IMG/VR virus record: IMGVR_UViG_3300007511_000019
Source of the DNA: a virus
DNA length: 64,000 bases
Direction: 5' to 3' (one strand)
Part shown: piece after piece, positions 54,346-63,071 of the stretch
Position numbering within the stretch: position 1 is the stretch's first letter
Layout: every line of letters starts with the position of its first letter
Program-made: the position numbers and the translations under genes
Notes under the pieces: generated by a model
The model's database searches: none
What the model was told of the DNA's origin: nothing
Seen by the model: the letters and a program-made list of their open reading frames with translations, nothing else

Positions 54346-55623
54346 ATGAGTATTGGTGGAATCGGCGTTAGAACTATCGGGCTTCAGACGATTGCCTACT
54401 TCCCCGCCGAAGCAGCCGATCAGTTTCTATCGCCAACAGGTATCGCTTCGGCTGAGGTTTTCGGCTCGGCGTCGGTACTGGTCGGTACCGTTACGCTTAA
54501 CCCATCCGGTGTTGCCGCTGTCGACGCCTACGGCTCCGCAACAATCTTGGCTGGTGCAGTCATACTGACACCATCCGGCATCACTACTGCAGATGCCTAC
54601 GGCTCGGCGACTGTTTCAGTAGGTGCAGTTACTCTCAGCCCGACTGGTTTGGCCGCTGCAGATGCCTATGGCTCGGCGACAGTTATAGCGGGCAGTGTTG
54701 TACTTACACCGAGTGGGTTGGCCTCGGGTGAGGCGTACGGAACAGCGACCCTCGATATCGCAGTCAGTGTAACCGGCCTGTCTTCTGCCGAGGGGTACGG
54801 TTCTGCTACGTTAAGTCCTGGGGCAGTAACGCTTGCCCCAACAGGCATCGGTTCGCTAGAGAGTTTCGGCGTAACGGTATTGTTAGCCGGGCCAGTTACG
54901 CTGACACCAACCGGTTTAGTCGCTGTCGATGCTTACGGCTCGGCAATCGTTTCTCCGGGAACTATTTCAATCACCCCGACAGGGGTAGCGTCCGCAGCTG
55001 CTGTGCCTAGTCCTACGCTGAACCTCTCGCTTCTGCTCGGAGGTATAGCCACGGCGGAAGCCCACGGTGCCAGCGTTGTAGCTACTGCCACTACGGTGCT
55101 CGAGCCAGGGGGTATAGCTACAGCCGAAGCCCACGGGACAACAACAGTAATACCTGGTGCGGTAGCCATTGTTGGAGCGGGAATTGTTACAGATGAGGCG
55201 TACGGTACAGTAAGTTTGCTGCCCGGAGAGGTTACACTGTTGCCGACAGGGCTGGCCACGACCGACGCCTACGGCAGTGCCACGCTTCAACCCGGGGCGG
55301 TAACCGTAAATCCAACAGGGTTTACCGACGAGGTCGTGGGCAACGCTACGCTAGCTGCATCCGTATCCGTACAACCTGCAGGACTAGCTTCCGACCAAGC
55401 TATACCCAGTCCGGCTCTAGCAATGACGCTCGCGATTGTAGGAATAGCCACGGCGGAAGCTTACGGCTCGCCTTCTGTACTAGCAGGCGTTGTGGTAATA
55501 TCACCTACAGGATTAGCGGACGAATTTGCCCTGGGGCTGGGTCTATTTGTATTTGCTGGCTCGGGTGAGAAGGGCATGTGGAGCCCAACTCTCTGGGGAA
55601 CAGAAAGCACAGGAATGTTTTAA
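54346..55623 (+). CDS. fibre-like protein with about eighteen tandem 21-aa repeats
   Basis: The consensus repeat is P(T/S)G(L/I)AxxDAYGSATxxxGAVTL(T/S). Confidence 0.5.
   Translation: MSIGGIGVRTIGLQTIAYFPAEAADQFLSPTGIASAEVFGSASVLVGTVTLNPSGVAAVDAYGSATILAGAVILTPSGITTADAYGSATVSVGAVTLSPTGLAAADAYGSATVIAGSVVLTPSGLASGEAYGTATLDIAVSVTGLSSAEGYGSATLSPGAVTLAPTGIGSLESFGVTVLLAGPVTLTPTGLVAVDAYGSAIVSPGTISITPTGVASAAAVPSPTLNLSLLLGGIATAEAHGASVVATATTVLEPGGIATAEAHGTTTVIPGAVAIVGAGIVTDEAYGTVSLLPGEVTLLPTGLATTDAYGSATLQPGAVTVNPTGFTDEVVGNATLAASVSVQPAGLASDQAIPSPALAMTLAIVGIATAEAYGSPSVLAGVVVISPTGLADEFALGLGLFVFAGSGEKGMWSPTLWGTESTGMF
54420..55520 (+). repeat. in-frame tandem repeat of about 63 bp inside the fibre-like gene
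   Basis: Cores such as GA(T/C)GC(C/T)TA(C/T)GGCTCGGC recur every 63-66 nt. Confidence 0.6.
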
Positions 55624-56276
55624 TGGCAACAACTCTTGACCGCGACGTCTTTACCGGTATCGACATCAGCAGCTACATACAGGTGTCGTCTTATACCAAT
55701 ACAACCAGCAAATCACAGGTTGTATTGGGCCAAGTACAGTTGAGTCCGGTAGTCGGGGGCGGGGCTTATGCTCTACGTACCGATATCGACGCCTTGCGAA
55801 TGGCACCAGACAGTAATGTAGTGGTCGCCTCCGGTGCGACTGCCGCAGCGATACAGAGCCGCAGCCTAATTCTCGAAGCCGGGGCTACATTGACTGTGCA
55901 AGTTCTGGGGCTCCCCGGCGATACAGCAGTTAACACTGTTGCGGAAATCGTAGACGTCGGACCCCTTACTGCAACAGATCTATACGGCCTTAGCGGAGAG
56001 GTAGTGGACCACAATTACGGAAGCACCGACGCCTATACTGTCCTAGACACCAGCGGAGCTGCAATTGCTGACGTGCAGATTCTGCTGTACTTACAGACCG
56101 ATTATAATGCCGGTAACCGAGGCCAGGCCTACATCAAGGCTCGGTCAAGTACCAATGTGTCTGGCCAATGGCGTGAGCCCGTACTGCTTGAGCCAGCAAC
56201 CTACGTTGCCGTGTTCTCCAAATCCGGCTCCTTCCAAACCAAGGCGGTGTCGATCACTGTCACAGCATCACCCTAA
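55623..56276 (+). CDS. hypothetical structural protein (TAATG-coupled; internal ATG start)
   Basis: ORF of 217 aa. Confidence 0.4.
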   Translation: MATTLDRDVFTGIDISSYIQVSSYTNTTSKSQVVLGQVQLSPVVGGGAYALRTDIDALRMAPDSNVVVASGATAAAIQSRSLILEAGATLTVQVLGLPGDTAVNTVAEIVDVGPLTATDLYGLSGEVVDHNYGSTDAYTVLDTSGAAIADVQILLYLQTDYNAGNRGQAYIKARSSTNVSGQWREPVLLEPATYVAVFSKSGSFQTKAVSITVTASP

Positions 56277-56285
56277 GGAGCGATT

Positions 56286-57233
56286 ATGACAGTTATCCTA
56301 ACTCCGCTCACGAGCGATCTTGCTTCCGGCAACGTAAGCTGCGTAGAGCTGGATGTCGTTTCGCCCGAAGATACGGAGTACTTGGAATGCCCGATCCTCA
56401 ACAAGGTCCGAACAGTATCGTTGACGCCAGGCGTTTGCTCTACAATACTTTGGCCAATACGGGATCGGTCGGGGAATGCAGTGGACCTGACTACATGCTT
56501 GGACTCCTCCTTGTCGTCCAGCAGCGAAAGCTCCGCCGCAGCAACCGGAAGCCAGGTAATCGCTCGGTTCAAAGACATCTTCAGCGTAAGTCCGACCGTA
56601 CATCAGATCATCGGCGAAAGTCTCGAGCCCTCTACTGGCCAGGTCCGAATCACGTTGGATGACGCCTTGCTGGACTCTCCGGGCATCTACCACATGGAGA
56701 TCGGTATTACCGACGTTGACGGGTTGTTGCAGTTCACCGACAAGGGACTGGTCTCTATCGAACGAGGTCTATTCGAGTCTGCTCTAAGCCTGAGTGGCCC
56801 AATCACATTGGGCGAGATTCGCACGGAGCTGCAGGATCACCAAGTACAGAACGACCTGTTGGACGATGTACAGTTCAAGGATTCAGATCTGATCCATGCG
56901 ATGATTCAACCTATTCGCTACTGGAACGAAATGCCGCCGCCGTTGCAGGGCATGAACGCAGGCAATTTCCCGTTTCATTACTGGTGGCTGCAAGCCACTA
57001 CGGCACATTTGCTTAAGATGGCTGCCCACTGGTACCGGCGTAACAAGTTACAGGCATCGCACGGCGGCATCAAAGTAGACGATAAGAACAAGGACCAGGA
57101 ATACTACGCCATTGCCAGAGACATCGAGAAGCAGTGGAAAGAATTCGTCATCCTCAAGAAAGCCTCGATCAACGCTGGCCTAGCTATGGGCTCGGTCAAC
57201 TCGGTTTACGGCTACGGCTTCTTCGGAAGGTAA
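56286..57233 (+). CDS. hypothetical structural protein
   Basis: ORF of 315 aa. Confidence 0.4.
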   Translation: MTVILTPLTSDLASGNVSCVELDVVSPEDTEYLECPILNKVRTVSLTPGVCSTILWPIRDRSGNAVDLTTCLDSSLSSSSESSAAATGSQVIARFKDIFSVSPTVHQIIGESLEPSTGQVRITLDDALLDSPGIYHMEIGITDVDGLLQFTDKGLVSIERGLFESALSLSGPITLGEIRTELQDHQVQNDLLDDVQFKDSDLIHAMIQPIRYWNEMPPPLQGMNAGNFPFHYWWLQATTAHLLKMAAHWYRRNKLQASHGGIKVDDKNKDQEYYAIARDIEKQWKEFVILKKASINAGLAMGSVNSVYGYGFFGR

Positions 57234-57244
57234 AGGAATAAGTT

Positions 57245-58597
57245 ATGACTTTCAGTACAGTTACGGTCGTAGATGCCTCTGCTGGTGTTGAGATCCTAGT
57301 GGATGACGTGTCGGGCCAACTGCTTCAGTGTATCAAGCCCTTCTTCGGAAAAGAAGGTTCGGCGACCGCCGTGTCCGCTGACAATCCGATGCCAGTAGTT
57401 AGGCAAAACGGAGAGTACGACGCGTTTGGTCGCCAGCGAGTTAGCCTACCAGTTACGCTGTTCGATTTCAAACAAACGTCGGACATGATAGACGCATTGG
57501 TGTGGAGCACGTTAGCTACGGGGTCCGGAACCGGTACTTTTCGTACTAACGAGTCCGCGTTCAGACTGGAGGTTGGTACCGGCAACGGTGACGAGTTTGT
57601 GCGACAAAGCAAGTCGCGGCCAATGTATCAGCCCGGGAAGTCGATGCTGTATCACTTCACCTGCTCTCTCGGGGCCAATGACGCAAACGTACTCAAGCGT
57701 ATTGGATTCTTCGACAACGACAACGGTCTATTCTTCCAGAAAATCGGTGGGACGGCCTCGGTAGGTTTGCGATCCAAAGTCACCGGAAGCGTTGTAGACA
57801 CCTTACACGACCAATCCACCTGGAACGTAGACAAGATGGACGGAACCGGTCCGTCGGGCATTACTATAGACTGGACCAAGTCGCAAATATTTGTGGTGGA
57901 TTACCAGTGGCTGGGTGTGGGCCGCGTTCGATTTTGCATGGTTGTAGACGGTGTACTGCGTATTGTGCACGAGCTAATGCACACCAACACGCTCAGTACA
58001 GTCTACATGAGCTACCCGAACCTGCCCGCTCGAGCTGAGATTAAGAACTTGGCTACGACTACGGGCAGTAGCTATTTGGACCAGATCTGCGTCAACGCTG
58101 TTCTGGAGGGCGGCGATGTAACTCCACAAGGTGTTCGGCACTCGGTTAACCGAGATGTAACCGCACTGGCCAACGACGACACTGCACCCAAACCACTGAT
58201 CTCTATTCGACTTGACAACACCAAAGCCATCTACAGCCAACTTCGTGGGCTGACCGGCAGCATAATGACTTCGAGCAAGTCCAACTTTTTGTGGGAGGCC
58301 TACCTTAACCCGGTATTTGCCAGCCCTATTGGGCACGTGTGGGGTAGTGTTCCGTTTAGTGCAGTGGAATACGACACAACCGAAACATCAGACATATCTG
58401 GCGGACTGCTGCTAGACAGCGGCTACGTAGCCGACAGTGCCGAGTCGGTAGGCTACTCGGCCTTACCTGAGGCATCGGAGCTGTCGCTCGGTCGAAACTT
58501 AGACGGTAGCCAGGATGTTTTGGCAATAGCCGTACGAAACCTGGCAGCGGCCACCGAAAGCTACTATGGATCCGTAACCTGGCTCGAGGTTTCCTAA
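57245..58597 (+). CDS. hypothetical structural protein
   Basis: ORF of 450 aa. Confidence 0.4.
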   Translation: MTFSTVTVVDASAGVEILVDDVSGQLLQCIKPFFGKEGSATAVSADNPMPVVRQNGEYDAFGRQRVSLPVTLFDFKQTSDMIDALVWSTLATGSGTGTFRTNESAFRLEVGTGNGDEFVRQSKSRPMYQPGKSMLYHFTCSLGANDANVLKRIGFFDNDNGLFFQKIGGTASVGLRSKVTGSVVDTLHDQSTWNVDKMDGTGPSGITIDWTKSQIFVVDYQWLGVGRVRFCMVVDGVLRIVHELMHTNTLSTVYMSYPNLPARAEIKNLATTTGSSYLDQICVNAVLEGGDVTPQGVRHSVNRDVTALANDDTAPKPLISIRLDNTKAIYSQLRGLTGSIMTSSKSNFLWEAYLNPVFASPIGHVWGSVPFSAVEYDTTETSDISGGLLLDSGYVADSAESVGYSALPEASELSLGRNLDGSQDVLAIAVRNLAAATESYYGSVTWLEVS

Positions 58598-59493
58598 TGT
58601 CGTTACTGCTTCTTTTTAGAAACGCAGCCACAATACCGGTAGTCGATACCACCGTAGTTAGTTGCGAGATCAAGTGCGGTCCGGAGTGCGAGTGGATTTT
58701 CGGGCGACTACGGTCGTGGCCGCTGATCGATGGCGGTACGCGTGTAGAGTGGGCAGTCCACCCGCAATTCGAAGACGCGATGCCCTACACATTTCAGCTG
58801 CAAATGGGCCGCACGGGCAATCCGGATGCTGATGACTGGTGCGACGTTGGGCTTCCGGTAACAGACACGTACTTTGCTGTGGACGATACTCAGCGAGTGT
58901 ACAGTAAGTTTCCCTGGACACATTACCGGGTCCTGATGACGACAAGTGAGGCTACCTACGCCTCTAAGCCGATTAAGGCCTATAATAACATGTCCAAGCG
59001 GGACTGGTTACGGGCACGGGAAATCACCCGGCTCGAAACAACCATGTTCCGTAAAGAGTCTGGTACGGAGGGTTACCTACTAAAGCGGCGTCACTTCGGT
59101 ACGGCTTGCGACTGTGTCGACAGCATGACTGGCGAGCCGAGAAAACACAACTGCCCAAACTGTTATGGTACGGGGATTCTTAATGGTTACTACGATCCTT
59201 ATCCTTGCTTTTATGTCGACGCAGATCTTCAAAAATTTCGTAACGAAATCACTGATGGCCGTGGCACTACTCAAGACGGACCCCGCGTTTTTGGCCGGAT
59301 GCTTAATGATCCTCAGCTCTTCTCTTATGATGTCTGGGTTGATCGCTATAGCGATCATCGCTGGATGCTGCATCGAATCGTGGGCCTGGTGGAAATCGGG
59401 GGAGTTCCAGTTGTGGTAAAAGCCGAGATGCGACTATTGCCCTTCTCGCACCCTGTATACGACATACCGATCGCCGGACAGATTCCGAGCTAA
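58597..59493 (+). CDS. hypothetical structural protein
   Basis: The ORF is 298 aa with a cysteine cluster (CDCVDSMTGEPRKHNCPNCYGTG). Confidence 0.4.
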   Translation: MSLLLLFRNAATIPVVDTTVVSCEIKCGPECEWIFGRLRSWPLIDGGTRVEWAVHPQFEDAMPYTFQLQMGRTGNPDADDWCDVGLPVTDTYFAVDDTQRVYSKFPWTHYRVLMTTSEATYASKPIKAYNNMSKRDWLRAREITRLETTMFRKESGTEGYLLKRRHFGTACDCVDSMTGEPRKHNCPNCYGTGILNGYYDPYPCFYVDADLQKFRNEITDGRGTTQDGPRVFGRMLNDPQLFSYDVWVDRYSDHRWMLHRIVGLVEIGGVPVVVKAEMRLLPFSHPVYDIPIAGQIPS

Positions 59494-59532
59494 ATAACCC
59501 CCACTCCCGCGTCACAATCAAGTGTATAAGGT

Positions 59533-59567
59533 TACCCCGTACTAGTCGTGCGGGGTATTTTCTTTTT
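59533..59567 (+). terminator. rho-independent terminator (stem ACCCCGTAC / GTGCGGGGT, then TTTTCTTTTT), followed by a second 7-bp hairpin at 59569-59587
   Basis: Direct sequence inspection. Confidence 0.6.
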
Positions 59568-59609
59568 ACTACGGGCAGAACCCGTAGAACCTTTCTTGAT
59601 TGAGGTGAA

Positions 59610-60269
59610 GTGATGAAGAGTCGTTATCTGGCAGGGGCAGCGAGAGTTTCGTTGGCCGGGATGGTATTGTTGGCGACCATAACGGTTGGCAACGTGGCAA
59701 AGGCGAACACGGAGCAGGATGCGGACAATGCGTTGATTGCCGCCAGCAACGCGGCGGCGGCAATGGCTGCCAAGAGGACTGAAGCAGCTAGTGCGATGAC
59801 AGCAGCACAACAGGCTATTGTCGACGCGTTAGCCGCCCGGCCTGGGTGCTCTGATCCGGTCGAGCTGTTACTTGGCGACGGGGCCGTACTGCTCGCCTAC
59901 GAGCTTATGAGCGGTAACGGAGTCGGGGGCTTCTGCGACTATGCTGAGCATGCCTGGGAACAGGGTGAGTCGGTTATGACGTCGGCTGGTACGAAGTTCA
60001 CAAACGCCGCGAACCAGCATGATCTGCTAGCGGCTCGGGCCCACGACTGGGACTTTACCAACGATCCGACAGCAGCCGAGTGGACAGCGGTAGTCAATGC
60101 CTACAATGCGGCTATTACGGAAACCAATTTGGCTACAGCCTGGTTTAACAATGCCAAGAACTATGCCAATGCGTCTAAGTCCGCTGCCGACGACGCAAAG
60201 CAACACTACCTGGACGGGTTCATCCCCGGAGGACCTGGCCCAGGCACACCGCCGCCGCTAGTGCCGTAA
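59610..60269 (+). CDS. secreted Ala-rich helical protein (Sec signal peptide, AKA cleavage site)
   Basis: The signal peptide is MMKSRYLAGAARVSLAGMVLLATITVGNVAKA. The protein is paralogous to the product of 61519. Confidence 0.45.
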   Translation: MMKSRYLAGAARVSLAGMVLLATITVGNVAKANTEQDADNALIAASNAAAAMAAKRTEAASAMTAAQQAIVDALAARPGCSDPVELLLGDGAVLLAYELMSGNGVGGFCDYAEHAWEQGESVMTSAGTKFTNAANQHDLLAARAHDWDFTNDPTAAEWTAVVNAYNAAITETNLATAWFNNAKNYANASKSAADDAKQHYLDGFIPGGPGPGTPPPLVP

Positions 60270-60375
60270 CCCCCAGCATCTGTTTGTTCTGGCGATCGCA
60301 AGTGATAGATTAGTACGTTGGCTGAATTAGCCAGGTACACTCTACACTGCGATCGCCTACGGGCAGGAGATTGGG

Positions 60376-61476
60376 ATGCTGCATTTCTTTGGAGACTCGA
60401 TTGGTATGGGTAAGTTGGCAGTACCTGCGTCATGGTACTTAGCTGACCTAACCTCCGTCACTAATCACGCTGTTGCTGGGGCCGACCTCGACGCTATCAA
60501 AGGCCAGATTCAGGCCGCGTCGTTTGCCCCAGGAGATATAGCCGTCATCAATGGTGGCGTCAACGACTTGGCACTAGGCAGTACGCCAGCCCAAGTGGAC
60601 AGTAAGATGCAAGATTGTGTCGATGCTGTTCCTGCCGGGTATGCCTACCGGGTGCTACCCGTGTTCCCGTATCTGCCACAGGCAAGCAATATCTCGGCAG
60701 CTAACGCCCTACTACAAACCCGGTTCGGTAACGAGTTCGACAGTACGGTTTTTGCTGCGTTAGAGGATCCCGTCACGAGCGGCTTGCTACTCAAGTATTA
60801 CGGCGTAGATGGTCTCCACTTATCACCGGCAGGGCAGCGTGTCGTAGCGGAGTCGTTACATAACACGTTGTTTACCCCTGACCCGACGCTATGGCGTTTT
60901 CCCAGCTTGTCGGCTGACATTACTGACGGGCTGACACCGGGAACTGCCTCGCCGTGTCTGGGCCGTCGGTGGGAGGTATGGCACTCTCCGATCGGTTATG
61001 ACGGCAGCAAGGTCTCCACTATCGGTTACGCGGGAGCACTAGCAGCTCTGCAAACTGCCCCAGATAACTTTACTATGCGTGCAAACGTAGCACTGAACCG
61101 AACGAGCCAGCATTCCTGGTTCTCGTTTGTTTCGCGAGCTACTCCGACAGAGTGGATCCAAAGTGGTTTCAACTTTGCAGGACAACAGTTACGGGTGGCT
61201 CACTGGAAGTCGTTGGTGCACACTAACAACTTGACGCCACCTGTGGATGATTTCGAATTCAAGGTGGCAGCGAATAAGTTCTTTGACGCCCGCGTCGACA
61301 TTGAACTATCCTTGTCACATTTTGACGGCGACGTGTACCTGGCCGTCAACGGCGAGCCTGTTCTACAGGCCGCTATTCCTGGCACCTTACCCGGTGACAA
61401 GATAGGTGTCTGGATACGAGACTGCCATGTACATAGTTTGACTATCGAAGACCTACAATGCCTACCGCTCCCCTAA
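60376..61476 (+). CDS. SGNH/GDSL hydrolase fused to a C-terminal beta-rich domain (candidate polysaccharide deacetylase of the tail)
   Basis: Block I is FFGDSIGMG, block III is GGVNDL, and block V is DGLHLSPAG. Confidence 0.55.
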   Translation: MLHFFGDSIGMGKLAVPASWYLADLTSVTNHAVAGADLDAIKGQIQAASFAPGDIAVINGGVNDLALGSTPAQVDSKMQDCVDAVPAGYAYRVLPVFPYLPQASNISAANALLQTRFGNEFDSTVFAALEDPVTSGLLLKYYGVDGLHLSPAGQRVVAESLHNTLFTPDPTLWRFPSLSADITDGLTPGTASPCLGRRWEVWHSPIGYDGSKVSTIGYAGALAALQTAPDNFTMRANVALNRTSQHSWFSFVSRATPTEWIQSGFNFAGQQLRVAHWKSLVHTNNLTPPVDDFEFKVAANKFFDARVDIELSLSHFDGDVYLAVNGEPVLQAAIPGTLPGDKIGVWIRDCHVHSLTIEDLQCLPLP

Positions 61477-61518
61477 GGAGTCGGTAGGTTACTACCAACT
61501 TCAGGGAGTGTTTAGGAC

Positions 61519-62025
61519 ATGTTGAGCAAAGGACTAACAGCGGTTGCAATGGTTTTCGCCTTGTGTGGCTCGGTTTTGGCCGGGGCCAAAGAGGATGCTG
61601 AGGCAGCAATCGCCTCAGCAGATACCATGAAAGGTCAGGTCGGAGAAGAGCTTCTCGACGTGCAGGAACAGAAAGAAACTCTGGAAGCGAGAAAGACCGC
61701 CCTAATCCAGCAATATACTGCGTTACCCACTGGGCCAGTACGAACCGCGTGTCACAACCACATGCTTGCTGCCACGCCACACCTGGTGCAAGGCAGCGTA
61801 GACGTGGGTGCCGGATGGTATCTCTTGCAGTTCGGTGACGCTGAGCTAACCAACGCTATCGACAGCTACACACAGGTGCAGTACGGTACAGCGATAACTC
61901 AAGCGAACGCCGCCGAAGATCTGTACACCAGCGGTAGCGAAAAAGCGTGTAAAGCGTTTCAGGAATTTTACGAAGTCGAGGGGGAGTTTGACGCCATTGA
62001 CGTCTTGCTGGGGGCACAGCCCTAG
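61519..62025 (+). CDS. secreted helical protein (signal peptide, AGA cleavage site); paralog of the 59610 product
   Basis: The signal peptide is MLSKGLTAVAMVFALCGSVLAGA. It shares a segment of the form NAxxxYxxxxxxAxTxxNxA...Y with the 59610 product. Confidence 0.45.
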   Translation: MLSKGLTAVAMVFALCGSVLAGAKEDAEAAIASADTMKGQVGEELLDVQEQKETLEARKTALIQQYTALPTGPVRTACHNHMLAATPHLVQGSVDVGAGWYLLQFGDAELTNAIDSYTQVQYGTAITQANAAEDLYTSGSEKACKAFQEFYEVEGEFDAIDVLLGAQP

Positions 62026-62067
62026 AACTTCCCGAAACAGTCGTCGAGGGCCCCTCGACGGCCTACT

Positions 62068-62109
62068 GCCCTGGGTGCCACTGCCCCGGCCCCAGGGCGG
62101 GCTTTTTTT
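62068..62109 (+). terminator. rho-independent terminator (8-bp stem GCCCTGGG / CCCAGGGC plus T7) leading into motif copy 3
   Basis: It is preceded by a second hairpin at about 62041-62062. Confidence 0.6.
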
Positions 62110-62131
62110 AGCTATCAGCGACCGGTAGAAT
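62103..62131 (+). promoter_or_regulatory. conserved motif TTTTTTTAGCTATCAG followed 7 nt later by TAGAAT (copy 3)
   Basis: The geometry is identical to copy 1. The ATG is at 62138. Confidence 0.5.
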
Positions 62132-62137
62132 GGTACT

Positions 62138-62380
62138 ATGCCACACGTACCTGAGAACTTTCGTCCAAAGCCCAAGTTCGTTCCGAACAAAAAGGCTATC
62201 TCCACCGTGCCGGATCTGGGCGTACCGCAGAATATGCCGCCTACCCCGAAGCCTGCTATGGGGCCACGGAAGCCAAGGGTGAGAACACTCCGCAAGGTGT
62301 CCTTACGAGAGAAGCCCGTCAGCATAGCCGACTGGGACGTACCGCCTGCCCGAATCCTTCAAGACTTTGAGGGCGTATAA
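62138..62380 (+). CDS. small basic Pro-rich protein
   Basis: ORF of 80 aa. Confidence 0.35.
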   Translation: MPHVPENFRPKPKFVPNKKAISTVPDLGVPQNMPPTPKPAMGPRKPRVRTLRKVSLREKPVSIADWDVPPARILQDFEGV

Positions 62381-63042
62381 TGGCTGATACCAGCTCAAGC
62401 AGCTCAGCCTCTACTCTACCGACACAGTTCGTAGGGCTCAATCCATCGGCCCTGTGTTCGTTGCTCCCCCGGCCCCTGATTATCAGCGGTATCCTACGGG
62501 ACTGGCTTACACGGCATTTTGCCTCAGCAGACTATATTGAGGAGCCCGATCTCCGGGAGCTGATCTGGAAACCAGGTGAGGATACTGGTATCTTGATAGA
62601 GACGGATACTCGCTGGAGACCGGAACTTACGGAGTTTCGACCAGGGGTGATCCTCAAACGTAACACCTATCAAAACATGCGACGTGGCATCGGAGATAGG
62701 CGTCAGGGTCCTCCCGCTGACATCTATGGCCAGGACAAAAGGGTTACCTTCTGGACTGGGTCCCATACGTTGTTTTGCGTTGGTGGGACTGGTGCACAGG
62801 CCGAATTACTCGGTGCGGAAGTGCAAAGAGAGCTGACACAGTTCGCTCTGGAAATTGCGAGGGATTTGCGGTTGATCAGATTTCAGGTCACACAAATCGG
62901 AGCACCTGCTTCCCTTGAGGAAGCCCAAGAGAACTTTGTTGTTCCAGTAACCGTTGGTTACACCTACGAGGAGCGTTGGGCTGTTCGACGCCAATCTCCT
63001 CTGTTGTCAGGTATATCACTGTCGATGCTTTTGGAGTGCTAA
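62380..63042 (+). CDS. hypothetical protein
   Basis: ORF of 220 aa. Confidence 0.4.
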   Translation: MADTSSSSSASTLPTQFVGLNPSALCSLLPRPLIISGILRDWLTRHFASADYIEEPDLRELIWKPGEDTGILIETDTRWRPELTEFRPGVILKRNTYQNMRRGIGDRRQGPPADIYGQDKRVTFWTGSHTLFCVGGTGAQAELLGAEVQRELTQFALEIARDLRLIRFQVTQIGAPASLEEAQENFVVPVTVGYTYEERWAVRRQSPLLSGISLSMLLEC

Positions 63043-63071
63043 CCCACAATTACTAGGCAGGGAGGCCAAGA

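Noticed and set aside
54420-55520. Possible CRISPR array suggested by the 63-bp periodicity
   Set aside because: The repeats are in-frame coding repeats with variable sequence and no spacer/repeat alternation.
60291-60357. GCGATCGC (cyanobacterial HIP1-like palindrome), considered because of the cyanobacteria-like rpoC split
   Set aside because: Only two copies were seen in 64 kb, both in a single inverted repeat, so the motif is not enriched.
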